Source: an uncultured delta proteobacterium
GTDB taxonomy: Bacteria; Desulfobacterota; Binatia; Binatales; Binataceae
Assembly (NCBI GenBank): GCA_963842085.1
Contig: CAWJET010000001.1
Coordinates: 1,184,001-1,248,000, forward strand
DNA length: 64,000 nt
Direction of reading: 5' to 3'
Shown piece after piece: positions 30,900 through 41,833 of this stretch. Position 1 is the stretch's first letter. The number at the start of each line of letters is the position of its first letter. A program made the translations under genes and the position numbers. A model generated the notes under the pieces. That model had not been told where the DNA came from, made no database searches, and saw only the letters and a list, made by a program, of their open reading frames with translations.

Positions 30900-31787
30900 A
30901 TGGAAAGTCGGCCTGAGACGGATTTGCGAGCTTCGCTGCTCGCAATCCGGACGCTGATACTGGCGGCGCTGCTGAGCATGCATGCTTCGATCGGTTACGC
31001 GCAACAGGCATCAAGGTACCTCAGTCGGGATGAAGAGGAACCGCTTGTCGAACAGCTAACTGATCCGCTCGCGCACCTGACGCAGATACAAATCAAAGAC
31101 ATATATACTCCGGCCGAATACGGGACCAACGCGCAGCCTAACGCTATAGAGTTAAGGGCGGTCCTCGCGATTCATCCGTTGTGGTTCATACCCGTCGAAC
31201 AGCTTCTGCGGCCGACCATTCGGATCGTGACCATTCCCAACGGAAAAGGAGCGTCGACCGCCACGACTTACGACGACATGCAGCTGCTCGACCTGTTCCA
31301 GATGCCGTGGCCGAAGACCCAAGAGATAGGTTTTCGCTGGGGACTAGGGCCCTACTTCGTGTTTCCGACCTCCGCGAGCGATCGCGTCGGAAAGGGGGCC
31401 TGGCAAATGGGACCAGCCTGGGCATTTTCATATCGCGGAATTCCGCATCTCAATATCGCGGCACTTTTCCAACAACCGACATCCTTCGCGTACACTTCGT
31501 CGAGGTCGAAGTCCACCGCCTCGCTGACGTTCCAACCGATTCTCAACTATCAGCTCGGGGGTGGATGGTACCTGAAATCGAGCGACGCGACCTGGGTCAT
31601 CGACTTGCGCCACAAGTCCTCGACCGCGATCCCGCTGAGCGCAGGAATCGGCCGGGTCTGGAAGCTCTCCCCGCACTTCGCGATCGGCACTTCGGTTGGA
31701 GTCCAGGAGAATGTTTATCGACAGTTCGCCGATCAGACCGAACAATTCACGATCGATTTCTCGGTCAGGCTCCTGTTCCCCGATTGA
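30900..31787 (+). CDS. Putative outer-membrane beta-barrel protein (paralog 1)
   Basis: Signal peptide; WGLGPYFVFPTS..GKGAWQMGP; alternating aromatic strands. Confidence 0.65.
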   Translation: MESRPETDLRASLLAIRTLILAALLSMHASIGYAQQASRYLSRDEEEPLVEQLTDPLAHLTQIQIKDIYTPAEYGTNAQPNAIELRAVLAIHPLWFIPVEQLLRPTIRIVTIPNGKGASTATTYDDMQLLDLFQMPWPKTQEIGFRWGLGPYFVFPTSASDRVGKGAWQMGPAWAFSYRGIPHLNIAALFQQPTSFAYTSSRSKSTASLTFQPILNYQLGGGWYLKSSDATWVIDLRHKSSTAIPLSAGIGRVWKLSPHFAIGTSVGVQENVYRQFADQTEQFTIDFSVRLLFPD

Positions 31788-31967
31788 GAAAGAGAGGCCA
31801 GGTCAAGGAGCGTGTGGGCTTGAGCATGCCGTCGACGCTATTGGTGGTCTGCCAAAAGCTCCGGTCTTTTCACCACTTCGTAGTTTTTTGATAGCTGCAG
31901 GCTACGCGGCTAGTTCGTCGAGCAGCGCGCATTACTCGATCCCAGGAACAAAAGAAGGAGTGACCGT

Positions 31968-33380
31968 ATGAAATGGATGAGGCTTTTGCTGTTCGTCGGA
32001 GTCGTGGTGTTTCTTCGTCCGGCACTGGCAGCAGCCCGGGACGAGGCGAACGAGCGAAGGAATCCTTCGCCGTCGCGCCCGTTGGTACAATCGGTGAAGC
32101 TAGAAGCAAACCGTCGTATCTCAACTCCGAACGTATCAGTCGAAAACCTGAATCTTCTTGATCAGCTTCCGGGTCTGCCGATCGCCGGGAAAACCACATT
32201 CCGCGAATACATGCAGCGGGTGGAAACATCGAACCTCGATTTGGCCGCTCAGCGCTTCAACGTTCCGATCTCGAAGGGACAACTTCTAGCCGCGCGAATA
32301 TATCCTGACCCCGACTTTCAGGCAGGTTATGGAGGCGACGTGTCCGGGCAGAGGCAGGCGACCACATACGAGGGGAACCTTAGTCAGACTATCCTGCTTG
32401 GTGGAAAGATTGGCGCTCGCACCGAGGCGGCGAATGCCACCCTGCAAGCCAGCCAGGCTCAACTCAGCGACTTCCTGCGTAATCTCCGCGCGCTGGCCGC
32501 CAACTCGTATATTGACGCCGTTACCGGTCTTCTGACGCTTCAACAGCAGATCAAAGCGCTGCAAAAGGCTCAACAGTTGGTCGATCTCAACACACGCCGA
32601 GTGGAAGCAAACCAAACATCCGAAGACGACTTGATTAGAGCTCGGATCAATGAGCTCGAAGAGCGCGGCAAGGTGATTCGTTACGAATCCTCCCTACACC
32701 AAACCTTGATCGCGATGGCCGCCCTGGCAGGCGACCAGAGTGATGCCGGTCTCGTGGTCCCTACGGGACGACTGCAAATCCCGCCCCGCCAATTCTCACT
32801 GGAATCATTGTTGGCCGAAGCTGTCTCCTCGCGCAGCGATGTGATTGCAGCGGCACGTCAGCTGGATGACGCCCGCGCGGAATACCAGATCGCCAAAGCC
32901 AACCGCGTGCCCGATCTCACTGTGGGCGGCGCGTATGCTCATGAGACCCGAGTCACGAACCCCATTGATCCGGCCCCTGCCTGGGATTCCCTAGGAATTT
33001 CTCTTTCGATCCCGATACCGCTTTCCGACCTGAATCAGGGCCCAACAGAGGCCGCATATTATTTGCAATCTCAGGCCGAAGAAGAATTGCGGGCCGCCAA
33101 ACTCCGAGCAGCATCGGAAGTGCGCTCGGCGTACGAGCGTTACAGCCTGTCCCAAGCTCTAGTGGGGCAATTCACCGACGAGACACTTCGCGACAGCGAC
33201 CAAGCTTACGAGTCACGGTTTCTAAGGCTGCAACGGAACGCAGCTACGTTGGTGGATGTACTTGATACGCACCGCGCCATGAATCAGTTGTATTTCGACT
33301 ACTTCGGCGCTCTCAACGAACAAGCAAAGGCACTGGTCTCCCTCGAACGATCGGTCGGTATCTGGGACGTCGACTTCTAG
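31968..33380 (+). CDS. TolC/CzcC-family outer membrane protein
   Basis: SNLDLAAQRFNV, two OEP repeats, AKANRVPDL, LERSVGIW. Confidence 0.85.
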   Translation: MKWMRLLLFVGVVVFLRPALAAARDEANERRNPSPSRPLVQSVKLEANRRISTPNVSVENLNLLDQLPGLPIAGKTTFREYMQRVETSNLDLAAQRFNVPISKGQLLAARIYPDPDFQAGYGGDVSGQRQATTYEGNLSQTILLGGKIGARTEAANATLQASQAQLSDFLRNLRALAANSYIDAVTGLLTLQQQIKALQKAQQLVDLNTRRVEANQTSEDDLIRARINELEERGKVIRYESSLHQTLIAMAALAGDQSDAGLVVPTGRLQIPPRQFSLESLLAEAVSSRSDVIAAARQLDDARAEYQIAKANRVPDLTVGGAYAHETRVTNPIDPAPAWDSLGISLSIPIPLSDLNQGPTEAAYYLQSQAEEELRAAKLRAASEVRSAYERYSLSQALVGQFTDETLRDSDQAYESRFLRLQRNAATLVDVLDTHRAMNQLYFDYFGALNEQAKALVSLERSVGIWDVDF

Positions 33381-33438
33381 CGCGAATCTCGTACTGAATG
33401 TCTGCGGTCTTAACATTCTAAATCTGGGGGAAAAAGCG

Positions 33439-33588
33439 ATGAAGTACGGTGGCTGGTTCAAGATTGCTTTCGAACGTGAACTCGAACGCCAGCTGACGAC
33501 GGTTACAGTCGGCGATCGCCGGCTGCTGTGCGTCAAACGCGTACAAGGTGACGATGCCGATGCCGGCCAATCCTCTGCAAGCGACTAA
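33439..33588 (+). pseudogene. N-terminal fragment resembling a Rieske oxygenase
   Basis: MKYGGWFKIAFEREL...VGDRRLLCVKR then early stop; no CxH motif. Confidence 0.35.
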
Positions 33589-33932
33589 CTGATCAAACCT
33601 CTGACCGCCGCACCACCCTGGCACGCTGAAGCGACTCGTCTCCGAAGCGGGCGAAATCGGCACGGGCGACACTCAGGCGGCCGCTGTTGATCTAGATACG
33701 GGCTCGTCGAGCGCTGCCGACTCGACGAATCGAGTCGGCGTTTAGACTTCCGACTGTTCGCTGCACGCAGAAACCCCTCAAGCGCCTTGGTACCGAAGCG
33801 CTCCCCGAGCCGGGATATCCAACCAATCGGCTCGTGTTTCTGGCATTCAGTTTACGGGCAACAGGAAGAAGCTGTTGAAGTTCCTTCGCGGTGACAGGAT
33901 ACTGTTACGATCGTGAGCCAAGGAGAGTCATA

Positions 33933-34250
33933 GTGGACCTGGACAAAATCATCGCGGAGTTGAAGCTCGAAAGAGACAAGATACATCGGGCCATCACTGC
34001 CTTGCTCGAAGGCGCAGGCGTGAGTGGCAAAGGCCCTACTCGCAAAGCCGGGCACAAGAGGCGAGGTGGCATTACTCCGGAAGGGCGACGTCGCTTGTCG
34101 CTGGCGATGAAACGACGCTGGCGGGCGAAGAGGTTGTCCAGTAAGACTGCGGCACCAAAGAGACCTGGACGACTCACGCCCGCAGGCAGGAAGAGGCTGT
34201 CCGAAGCGATGAAAAAGCGCTGGGCGGAAAGGAAGGCAAAGGCTTCCTAG
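33933..34250 (+). CDS. Small, highly basic protein with coiled coil and duplicated TPxGRxRLSxAMKxRW motif
   Basis: AGGAGA RBS, GTG start; two near-identical helical repeats. Confidence 0.75.
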   Translation: MDLDKIIAELKLERDKIHRAITALLEGAGVSGKGPTRKAGHKRRGGITPEGRRRLSLAMKRRWRAKRLSSKTAAPKRPGRLTPAGRKRLSEAMKKRWAERKAKAS

Positions 34251-34360
34251 CAGGCTCGACGCCGGCCCCGGCCTGAACGAGGCGGCCGTAGGCCACCGTC
34301 TGGTTCGTTATCCTGCGATCGATCGGCGGAAGGGGGTTTGCCATATGCTGAACAGCTCGA

Positions 34361-34406
34361 GACGCAAGAGGGGCCGAGCCGTTTCGAGCCCGGCCCTTCT
34401 TGCGTC
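34361..34406. terminator. Hairpin between convergent small genes
   Basis: GACGCAAGAGGGGCCG ... CGGCCCTTCTTGCGTC. Confidence 0.55.
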
Positions 34407-34409
34407 GTG

Positions 34410-34640
34410 TCCGAAGTACCTCTCAGGCTTTGCCTTCCGCTCCGGTGCCGCTGATCCGTGGCGCTTACTAAAACACTTGCGGCATCGGCGATCGCGCCGC
34501 TTGGTGAAACTAGGAGCCAGGTCATCGCTCCCGCAGTCGCGGCAGACCAGTTTCTCTGATTTCGACCTGCTTCCCTTCTCCTTCCGGAGCGGCTGTGCAG
34601 ACGTCCTCTCCGCCAGGCATTCGATCGCGAATGCCAGCAT
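34410..34640 (-). CDS. Small basic CxxC..CxxC protein, possibly degenerate (boundaries approximate)
   Basis: KLVCRDCGSDDLAPSFTKRRDRRCRKCFSKRHG within ORF 34308-34715. Confidence 0.4.
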
Positions 34641-34798
34641 AGCTCCAGCAGCCTCCGCAGGCACGGATGGAAGCCACGTTTGTCGCGCACGACGACAGTG
34701 ACCCTCCGGGCTCAAGACCGGGGAAATCCCGAAAGGAACGATTTTGGAGGAGGTCTAGATGAGCGGGGACGGCGGGCGGGCTGCGAGCGGCAGGCAGC

Positions 34799-35270
34799 TC
34801 AGATCATGGTCGGCGACTGCAACGACGATGGCATCGAAGCCGGTTGCGACCTCGCTGACAGGAGCAATTGCGACGCCAGCGAAGGGACGGTCGAAGTGCC
34901 AATGCTCGAGCCGATGGGGATCGCTTGCGACGATTGGGTTTTCATCAGCAGAAATAGCAGGAAGCCGAGGTTGAACGAGAACCTCCGAGTGGCTGTCTGC
35001 AGTTCGCTCATCCATTTCGGAGGTCGGGTGTCCCTGCGCTTGCGGAAAACTAGAACGATCAGGATCAACAACAGGATGATGACCCCGTAGTCAATCACAT
35101 CGCTTCGAGAAACCATCACAGAGGCGGCGAGCTTGCTGCTGAGCAGGTACGCGGCCATCACCCCGATTGTGGTGGCTAGGGTCGCGCCGGCGAGGAACGC
35201 GGCGGAGTCCCGCAGCGTCCGCGCGCTTGTCGCGAGCAGGAGCGCGCTAATGATCTGGGGTCCGGCGACA
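34799..35270 (-). pseudogene. GAP/SfLAP-family membrane protein remnant
   Basis: GPQIISALLLATS, AAFLAG, PPKWM motifs; no proper start; frame breaks after FLLFLLM. Confidence 0.5.
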
Positions 35271-35413
35271 TTACCACCGCCATCGGCAGAACCTTGAAAA
35301 GATCTAGCACGATAATCCCGGTTCAAGCCGTGCAGCGCCCTCTTTTTCTATTGCCCCCACCTCCATCTCCCTGAACAATTCCTCGGCGCGCCGAAGAGCC
35401 TTCTTGGTCAAGC

Positions 35414-35830
35414 TCAGAAGGGGGTAACGACGCCCGTGTTCTTTGGCTGTAGAAAGACAGGATTTCCCTTGTCGTCCCACATCTCCATATCTGGCGTGCC
35501 TCCCGCAGCCATTTTCATTTCCGCGCGAAGCTTCCCCTGATGTGTGAGGCCGATCGAGGTCAAGCCGTCCGCGCCCGCGGCGATCACCGCACGCGGTTCG
35601 CCGCTGTTCGATAGGAGAGTTAGCGCAACCGCGCCTGACTCGCCGCTGACGGCAAGGGTCCCGCGGACCTTACCCGCGCCATCTACAACTTCAAACTGCT
35701 GGGCGGTTAGAGTCTTTTCCTTGCTGGCCAACGCAAGACTGCTCGAAAGAAAGCCGTTCGCAATCGTTCCACCCAGTAAGCCGCCGATTGCGGCGATCGC
35801 TAACACTGAAAGGCTTTGCTTTTGAAACAC
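35414..35830 (-). CDS. Hypothetical exported protein
   Basis: GGAGG RBS; signal GGLLGG; AQQFEVVDGAGKVRG beta repeats. Confidence 0.65.
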   Translation of the reverse strand: MFQKQSLSVLAIAAIGGLLGGTIANGFLSSSLALASKEKTLTAQQFEVVDGAGKVRGTLAVSGESGAVALTLLSNSGEPRAVIAAGADGLTSIGLTHQGKLRAEMKMAAGGTPDMEMWDDKGNPVFLQPKNTGVVTPF

Positions 35831-36917
35831 GATGTCCTCCCATTTTGATTCGCGATCAGCGAATCATTGCTTCTGACCTCTAGGATTTCCGTATAGCGCT
35901 CCGATTTCAACTCTCCTTGTAGACGGAACGGCCTCTCTCGGCAAGGGTTTGGCCCGCTTTTGGTCCACGGTGTTTCGGCGGGCGCTGGAAGGGGCGGCTT
36001 CGTGTCGGGCGTGCTCGCAACGGCGCAAGCGGACTCTGCGGCGCCTGGGTCTTGCGCCCTTCACCCTGCCCTGTAAAAGCGGTCGCCGCCTTCCCTATCG
36101 ATTCCGAAGCGCCATCTCCCGGTTGAAGCTTTCCAATTGAAGGCTAAAGTTGGGTATCGTACTGAACTGACAGCGAACCCATTCTCTCGAGGATGCATGC
36201 GGAGCTCGACCAGAAAGACCGCCAACATTTGCGCCCGTTTTCCTGTGCCATGGCCCCGAGGTTTTGCAATTCTAGAACTCGCATTTCTTGATCATCTTTC
36301 ACAGAGGGAAAAGATGAATCCAACGAATGCCGGCACCTGGATCGGCGACTGGGCCTGGAGCCTGGTGACCTTGGTGATCCATGTATGCGGACTCGCTCTA
36401 ATCGGTGAGAGAGTCGTCAGTGTTCTGAGCGTGTCCTCGCGAGCTTCGATTACGGAGCGCACTGCGAGCAGGAAGCTAATCAGCAACGCGAACATCGCGC
36501 TTTGCAGTAACATACTTGCCTTCTTTCGTCACGCAGACGAGGTTTTGATTAGGGATAGGATCGGCGCCCGACTCGACTCGCGCCCTTAATCGCATCGTAC
36601 TCGCCGCCACCCCAAATCTCACACGATATGGAATTTTGCGCAGGCACAGGGGTACTTGGAGTGCGTGACTGGTATCGGCATTTGAGTTCGTTCGATTTGT
36701 TGCTCAGAAGCGGGAACTATCCGGGCGGTGAGAACTATAATAGGCACACCGCAAGGCCAAGCACCAGAACCGGTTTCTTCATCTTCGGCAGTCGCTCCTG
36801 TCAATCACACCAAGAGGCACAAAGTCGTTGAGGAGGACTTCTTGTAGCGCTTCCGGCTCACGTGTCGGCAATACCTATCCCACTTATCGGGTCAAAACGC
36901 CCAGTCGCAAGCCCAGA

Positions 36918-37871
36918 CTATTCGTCGACTTCTTGCCAGGTCTTGTCTGGATTATATTCAGCTATTTCGGTTGCCAACTTGGCGGTGTCAGGGCCAAGGT
37001 CTTTTTGGACGATGACACCATCCTGGTTGATCATGAATGTCGTCACGCCCGAAGCGCGATACTCGGCGGGATAGGCCAGAAATGCGAACCCCGCGGTCAT
37101 CTTGCCGTTCTTTAAATAGCTCTTTGCGCCGCCCGGAGCATTCTTGCCCTGCTTCGTTAGTTGTTTGTAGTAGTACCCGTGAAATGGGACAGGATTTCCC
37201 CCACTTTCCTTTTTATATCCCTCTGCGCTGGCGCTCGCGACGAGCGGTCCAATGGGACTCTGGGGCTGTCCCTCGGCAGCTTCCCAATACAAACCGTTAT
37301 GTTTACCGGGATCACTCAGGATCTTTGGAGCGAACTGACCGCTGTTTTCGCCATCATGCGCTTCGCCGGCATACTCCGATTGAGCGTCAGCTAGATCTTC
37401 GAGAACTTTGATCGTGAACAGCTCGTTTCGACCTATCCGTCTGTACAGCAGCTCATGTTTGCCAGCCGCCGTATCGAACACCCAACCGCCAATCTTCTGT
37501 ACGAGCGGAATCGGAACGGGCCAGTTATTGGCACCTACATAGAGAACAACACGACCCTGATCGTCGTATTCGAGCCGATGCATTTCCTGGTAGCGGTTTA
37601 CGAAGTCTTCGCGTGCATTCTTGTCGGCGACCGCATCTCCCGACGAAAGGACCTGATCCGCGTCCGGGCCGAGTATCGAGCTCAGTGTCTTCATGTCGTC
37701 CGATTTGCTGGCGGCGACCAGCGCGTCGGCTGCGGCGCCCGGTGATGGGAACTCTTGCTGCGTGGCGGTTTCTCCCGCGGATGCGAAAGGCGGGAACAGC
37801 AGCCACGCCAAAAGAAGGGCGGAAAGGACGAGTTGGTTCATAACTCGAGATTTGTTGAAAAGATTTGTCAT
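36918..37871 (-). CDS. DUF2950 family protein
   Basis: WPVPIPLV, RRIGRNEL, GLYW, PFHGYYYK, YPAEYRASGV.TF, KDLGPDT. Confidence 0.88.
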   Translation of the reverse strand: MTNLFNKSRVMNQLVLSALLLAWLLFPPFASAGETATQQEFPSPGAAADALVAASKSDDMKTLSSILGPDADQVLSSGDAVADKNAREDFVNRYQEMHRLEYDDQGRVVLYVGANNWPVPIPLVQKIGGWVFDTAAGKHELLYRRIGRNELFTIKVLEDLADAQSEYAGEAHDGENSGQFAPKILSDPGKHNGLYWEAAEGQPQSPIGPLVASASAEGYKKESGGNPVPFHGYYYKQLTKQGKNAPGGAKSYLKNGKMTAGFAFLAYPAEYRASGVTTFMINQDGVIVQKDLGPDTAKLATEIAEYNPDKTWQEVDE

Positions 37872-37956
37872 CAGTCTAATTCCTGTCGGGTTGGTGGTTC
37901 GCGCAGATGGATATCGACGCATTCCTTAGCTATTCATTCAGCGCCATTGGAATTTG

Positions 37957-39573
37957 TCATCTGCCCTTTTTTCCGCCTCGATTGCCACCGCCCCTTCCAT
38001 TTCCACCGCCTCCGCCGCCTTTGGCATTGCCGCCAGCGCCAGCTTTGCCGCGTCCACCAGCGGGGTTCTGGCCTCCCTTTAAGCTGGTTTGTCCGCGGTC
38101 CCTGGAGGCAAGCGCGTTTCCGCCGGGCTCATATCCACCGAAGGCGCTGTTGCGGCCGCCCGTGCTGCCATTGTCTTTCGCAAAGCCTCGAGCCGGGTCC
38201 GCTGCACGATTGGCAGGCTTGGTAGCTGTCGGCCGATTTCCTGTGGCAGGATTGGCGGGCCGAGTTGAGGCGACGGGATTCGAAGGCTGATTGGGTCGAT
38301 TCTTCGCAACGTCTCTATTGGCCAGATTAGACCCAGCGGGACTGTTCGGAAGTGTACTGGCTTTGGGAAAATTCGGCTTGGCGATATTAGGATTGGCCGG
38401 TCTCGCGGTTGCCGGGTTGTACGGCCGCGTGGCAGGAATTCCGCCGTTGTTCGCACTATTGTACCCGCCGCTGTTGTTGGCAGGCCTTGTTGCCGGATAT
38501 GGCATAGGTCGTGGCGGATTTCCCGGACGTGGATATCCTCCACTGGGCGGCGGGTATCCCACGGTAGGTGGCCGGTAGGCAGGAGGCCGTCCCGGGTACA
38601 CGTTGTTGTGGGTGACGTAAATATTGTTGTTATATTTGACCGAGCTGCTGTGGCCGCCGCCTCCATACCAATTGCAGCCCCAGTTGTTGTTGCCGTTATT
38701 GATCAGCGACCCAAGCAAAATTCCGGCTCCAAACGACAAGACACCTGTGAGCAGCAGATCGCTGCCGGTGTATCCCGGTGGCGGCGGGACGGGGGCGCCG
38801 TAAGCACTGGTCGGATTGTACTGTGGAACGTAAACCGTGTTCGGCTGGGCGGGCTGGATAATCACTGTATGTGTCACTGCCGGCTGCGCACCACCTTGGG
38901 CAGCAGGAGGAGTCGGCTGCACTTCAACTTTCTGCTGGTCGGTCGATTTCAGCGTTCCCGCGTTCACCGCCATGTTGCGAAGGACCTGGATAGCATTCAT
39001 TACGTCGGCGGGCTGATTGTAGTATGCCTCGCCCAGCGCCGAGGTCCACGCCAGGCTGTCCTTCATCGTTTGGAGCACGCTGGGGAACTGTGTTAGCGAC
39101 TTGATACTTGGATCCCAGGCTTGCTGATTCACCTGGGAGGCTAACTGATCGACGCTCAAGTTAGGGTTCTGCTTGAGCCATCTATCTGCTTCCACCACCT
39201 GAGGCGGATAGGTGGAACCGGCCAGGATCTGCGCGACCAGCACGTCAGGATAGAGTGCGATCGGTGAGACCAGTTCTTGCAACTCTTGCGCGCTAGCAGC
39301 ACCCGGCGGAGGAGCGGGTTCAGCGGCCGCAGCGGGAAGAGGAGCAACCGGTGCAGGAGTAGCTTCTACGCTCGCCGACGCCTGTGACGACGGAGCTGCG
39401 GCTGGCTGGTCATCGCCGCGCGAGCAACCTGTCACCATCGGTGACGTCGATACCAGGACTGCCACCGCAAGTATCAATGGTAGGGATCGCCCTTCGGGCC
39501 TGCATAGCAGTTTCATTCTCGAAAGACATCGGCGTCGATTGACGGACGATTTCACGCCAGCGACATTGCTCAT
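37957..39573 (-). CDS. DUF3300 family protein with long disordered Pro/Asn/Gly tail
   Basis: LVSPIALYPDVLVAQILAGSTYP, WDPSIKSL, VYVPQYNP. Confidence 0.88.
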   Translation of the reverse strand: MSNVAGVKSSVNRRRCLSRMKLLCRPEGRSLPLILAVAVLVSTSPMVTGCSRGDDQPAAAPSSQASASVEATPAPVAPLPAAAAEPAPPPGAASAQELQELVSPIALYPDVLVAQILAGSTYPPQVVEADRWLKQNPNLSVDQLASQVNQQAWDPSIKSLTQFPSVLQTMKDSLAWTSALGEAYYNQPADVMNAIQVLRNMAVNAGTLKSTDQQKVEVQPTPPAAQGGAQPAVTHTVIIQPAQPNTVYVPQYNPTSAYGAPVPPPPGYTGSDLLLTGVLSFGAGILLGSLINNGNNNWGCNWYGGGGHSSSVKYNNNIYVTHNNVYPGRPPAYRPPTVGYPPPSGGYPRPGNPPRPMPYPATRPANNSGGYNSANNGGIPATRPYNPATARPANPNIAKPNFPKASTLPNSPAGSNLANRDVAKNRPNQPSNPVASTRPANPATGNRPTATKPANRAADPARGFAKDNGSTGGRNSAFGGYEPGGNALASRDRGQTSLKGGQNPAGGRGKAGAGGNAKGGGGGGNGRGGGNRGGKKGR

Positions 39574-40214
39574 CAGATCGCTTCTCCTTTCGCCTTGGAT
39601 AGATCGGATTCCGAAGTAACGCCACCCTGCTGCTCGGCCTCGGCGCGGATCGCGGCGGCGATGTCGGCGCTCATCTTCGCGAGCGTCAAGCTGTGCGCTG
39701 CCGCCAGCGCGTCGAAGCCCTGACCCTGCACCGGCTCGCGCGCGAAGGTGCGTCCCGAGTGGATTGCTCCACCGGCGGTCCTGCGCACCGCCCAGACGGC
39801 CTCGAGCGTCGCTGCCTGGCCCGGAACCGATTCGAAGCGCTGCACGTCGATAGTTACCCTGTAGTCCGGCGTGAAGTTAGCCAGCCCTTCCGAGGTCACC
39901 TCCGGCGTGCCGAGCAACACTACCAAGTCGCCGGCGACGGCTCGCGCAATGCTGTCGTTCAGCGGGGAGACCCACCGATTGAATTCATCAACCTCGACGC
40001 GGTTCGCCGCGACCTGCACCACGAACTCCGGCTGGTCTACCGAAGCGGGTATCGTAACCGGTCCGACCGCGACTGTCGCGGGCGTGGCTGGCGTGCCATC
40101 TGCCGTCGCCGTCGAGGTCAGTGAATAGAATCGCGATGGTGCAGTGCTACATCCTGCGGCTAACCCTGCCGCCAAAGCGATCAAGATCAGTTGCGCGATG
40201 CGCCGTGCCATCAT
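39573..40214 (-). CDS. PqiC-like lipoprotein
   Basis: AAGC lipobox, RFYSL, NRWVSPL, IDVQRFES; follows pqiB. Confidence 0.8.
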   Translation of the reverse strand: MMARRIAQLILIALAAGLAAGCSTAPSRFYSLTSTATADGTPATPATVAVGPVTIPASVDQPEFVVQVAANRVEVDEFNRWVSPLNDSIARAVAGDLVVLLGTPEVTSEGLANFTPDYRVTIDVQRFESVPGQAATLEAVWAVRRTAGGAIHSGRTFAREPVQGQGFDALAAAHSLTLAKMSADIAAAIRAEAEQQGGVTSESDLSKAKGEAI

Positions 40215-41800
40215 TTCGCCTTCCCCTTCTTGCCGAGCAGTAGCGCCTCGGGATGGCGCTCGAGATAATCCGCCAGCACACGCAAAGACCGGGCCGCGCG
40301 GCTCACCTCTTGCAGCGTGCTGTCGAGTTGCTCGACTTGCGAGGAATTCGGCTCGGTGAGGACGGTCGTGTTGTCCAACGTCGCGCGTGCGGTCGACAGC
40401 GTGCCTTGTGCGGTCACCAGCGTTGCATCCAGTTGCGTAATCGCTTTGTGCAGGTCTTCGCCGATCTGCTGGAACTGCACCTTGTCGAGCTTCTTGACGA
40501 TGTTCTCCAGCGTCGCCTCGGTCGCTTCGAGCTGCCCCGGAGCCGTCGGCAGTTGAACCGGCTGCTGCGACCAGTCGACCGTCGCCGGTGGCGCTCCCGG
40601 GAAAAAGTCGAGCGATACATATACGGTTCCCGTCAACAGGTTCGCAGTCCGCAGTTCAGCTCGGAGCCCGTGGGCTATCAGGCTGTCGATCATCTTCCGG
40701 CGCACGGCTTCGAGATCTATGTGGGCCGATTCGTCCACGAGCTTCACCCCGAGCCTCGTCGGGTCCAGGTGGATTGTCACCGGCACCGTGAACTCGAATG
40801 TCTTCAAATCGATCTGTGCGCGAATATCCGCGACCTCGCCTATAGGAATACCGCGAAAGTCTACCGGCGCTCCCACCGCCAATCCCCGTACTGACTCCTT
40901 GAAGACAAGCTGATAGGTCTGCGGGTTTCGCGGGGGTGGGTTGAAAGCCTGCGTCCGGTTGGCGAACAAGGTAAAGACGGTGTTCTCCTCAGCCGGCTGC
41001 AGGATCGGAGCGGTCGGCGCCGTTTCGAATGCGATTCCACCGATAAGGATCGACAGAAACGACTGAGTCTGTACGCTAAGGCCGCTCGCCGAAAGCGACA
41101 GGTCGATCCCGCTCGCCTGCCAGAAGCGCGTGTTGGGGTTGACGTACTGATCGTAAGGAGCTCGCACGAACACCGTGACGCTCAGGTCTTTCCCTTCCTT
41201 GTCGAGCGCGTACGACGCAACTTGACCGACCTGCAGGCGCCGAAAGTAAATCGGCGTGCCTAGGTCGAGCGAGCCTAAGTCGGGGGTCTTGAGGACAAAA
41301 AAGCGGCCCGGGGTTTCGCCGGTCACCACCGGTGGCGTTTCGAGCGCCACAAAATCGCGCCGGTCCTCTTTCGAAGACCCTATTTCCATTCCTATGTAGG
41401 CCCCCGAGATAAGAGTGCCCAGCCCCGTAACATTGGCGCCCGATATCCGAGGCCGCACGACCCAGAACTTCGTGTCATCGACAAGAAATGCTTCGGTCTT
41501 GGGAGCCATCTGCGCGGTCAGAATCGCATGCTCATGGTCCTTCGAAAGCTCTATGGTTGTGACAGTGCCGATATCGACGCCGTTGTAATGGATCTTGGTC
41601 TTGCCAGCCTCCAATCCTTCCGCCGACCTCATGACCATTCTGATCTTAGGCCCCTCGCTCAGCACGCGCGTCACTGCCACCCAGGCGCCCACAACCGCCG
41701 CTACAATCGGAATGAACCAGACAAGCGAGAGCCGGGTACGGCTTCTAGGCACGGGTCGCGACTCGGGGACTGAAGAGCGTGGTGGATCGCGATCGGCCAT
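40211..41800 (-). CDS. pqiB: PqiB (three MCE/MlaD domains)
   Basis: WFIPIVA, AEGLEAGKT, FWVVRPRI, GLGTLISGAYI, LADYLERHPEALL. Confidence 0.88.
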   Translation of the reverse strand: MADRDPPRSSVPESRPVPRSRTRLSLVWFIPIVAAVVGAWVAVTRVLSEGPKIRMVMRSAEGLEAGKTKIHYNGVDIGTVTTIELSKDHEHAILTAQMAPKTEAFLVDDTKFWVVRPRISGANVTGLGTLISGAYIGMEIGSSKEDRRDFVALETPPVVTGETPGRFFVLKTPDLGSLDLGTPIYFRRLQVGQVASYALDKEGKDLSVTVFVRAPYDQYVNPNTRFWQASGIDLSLSASGLSVQTQSFLSILIGGIAFETAPTAPILQPAEENTVFTLFANRTQAFNPPPRNPQTYQLVFKESVRGLAVGAPVDFRGIPIGEVADIRAQIDLKTFEFTVPVTIHLDPTRLGVKLVDESAHIDLEAVRRKMIDSLIAHGLRAELRTANLLTGTVYVSLDFFPGAPPATVDWSQQPVQLPTAPGQLEATEATLENIVKKLDKVQFQQIGEDLHKAITQLDATLVTAQGTLSTARATLDNTTVLTEPNSSQVEQLDSTLQEVSRAARSLRVLADYLERHPEALLLGKKGKAK

Positions 41801-41833
41801 AGTGCGAAATCTCGGCGGATTCTATTCTGGGAC

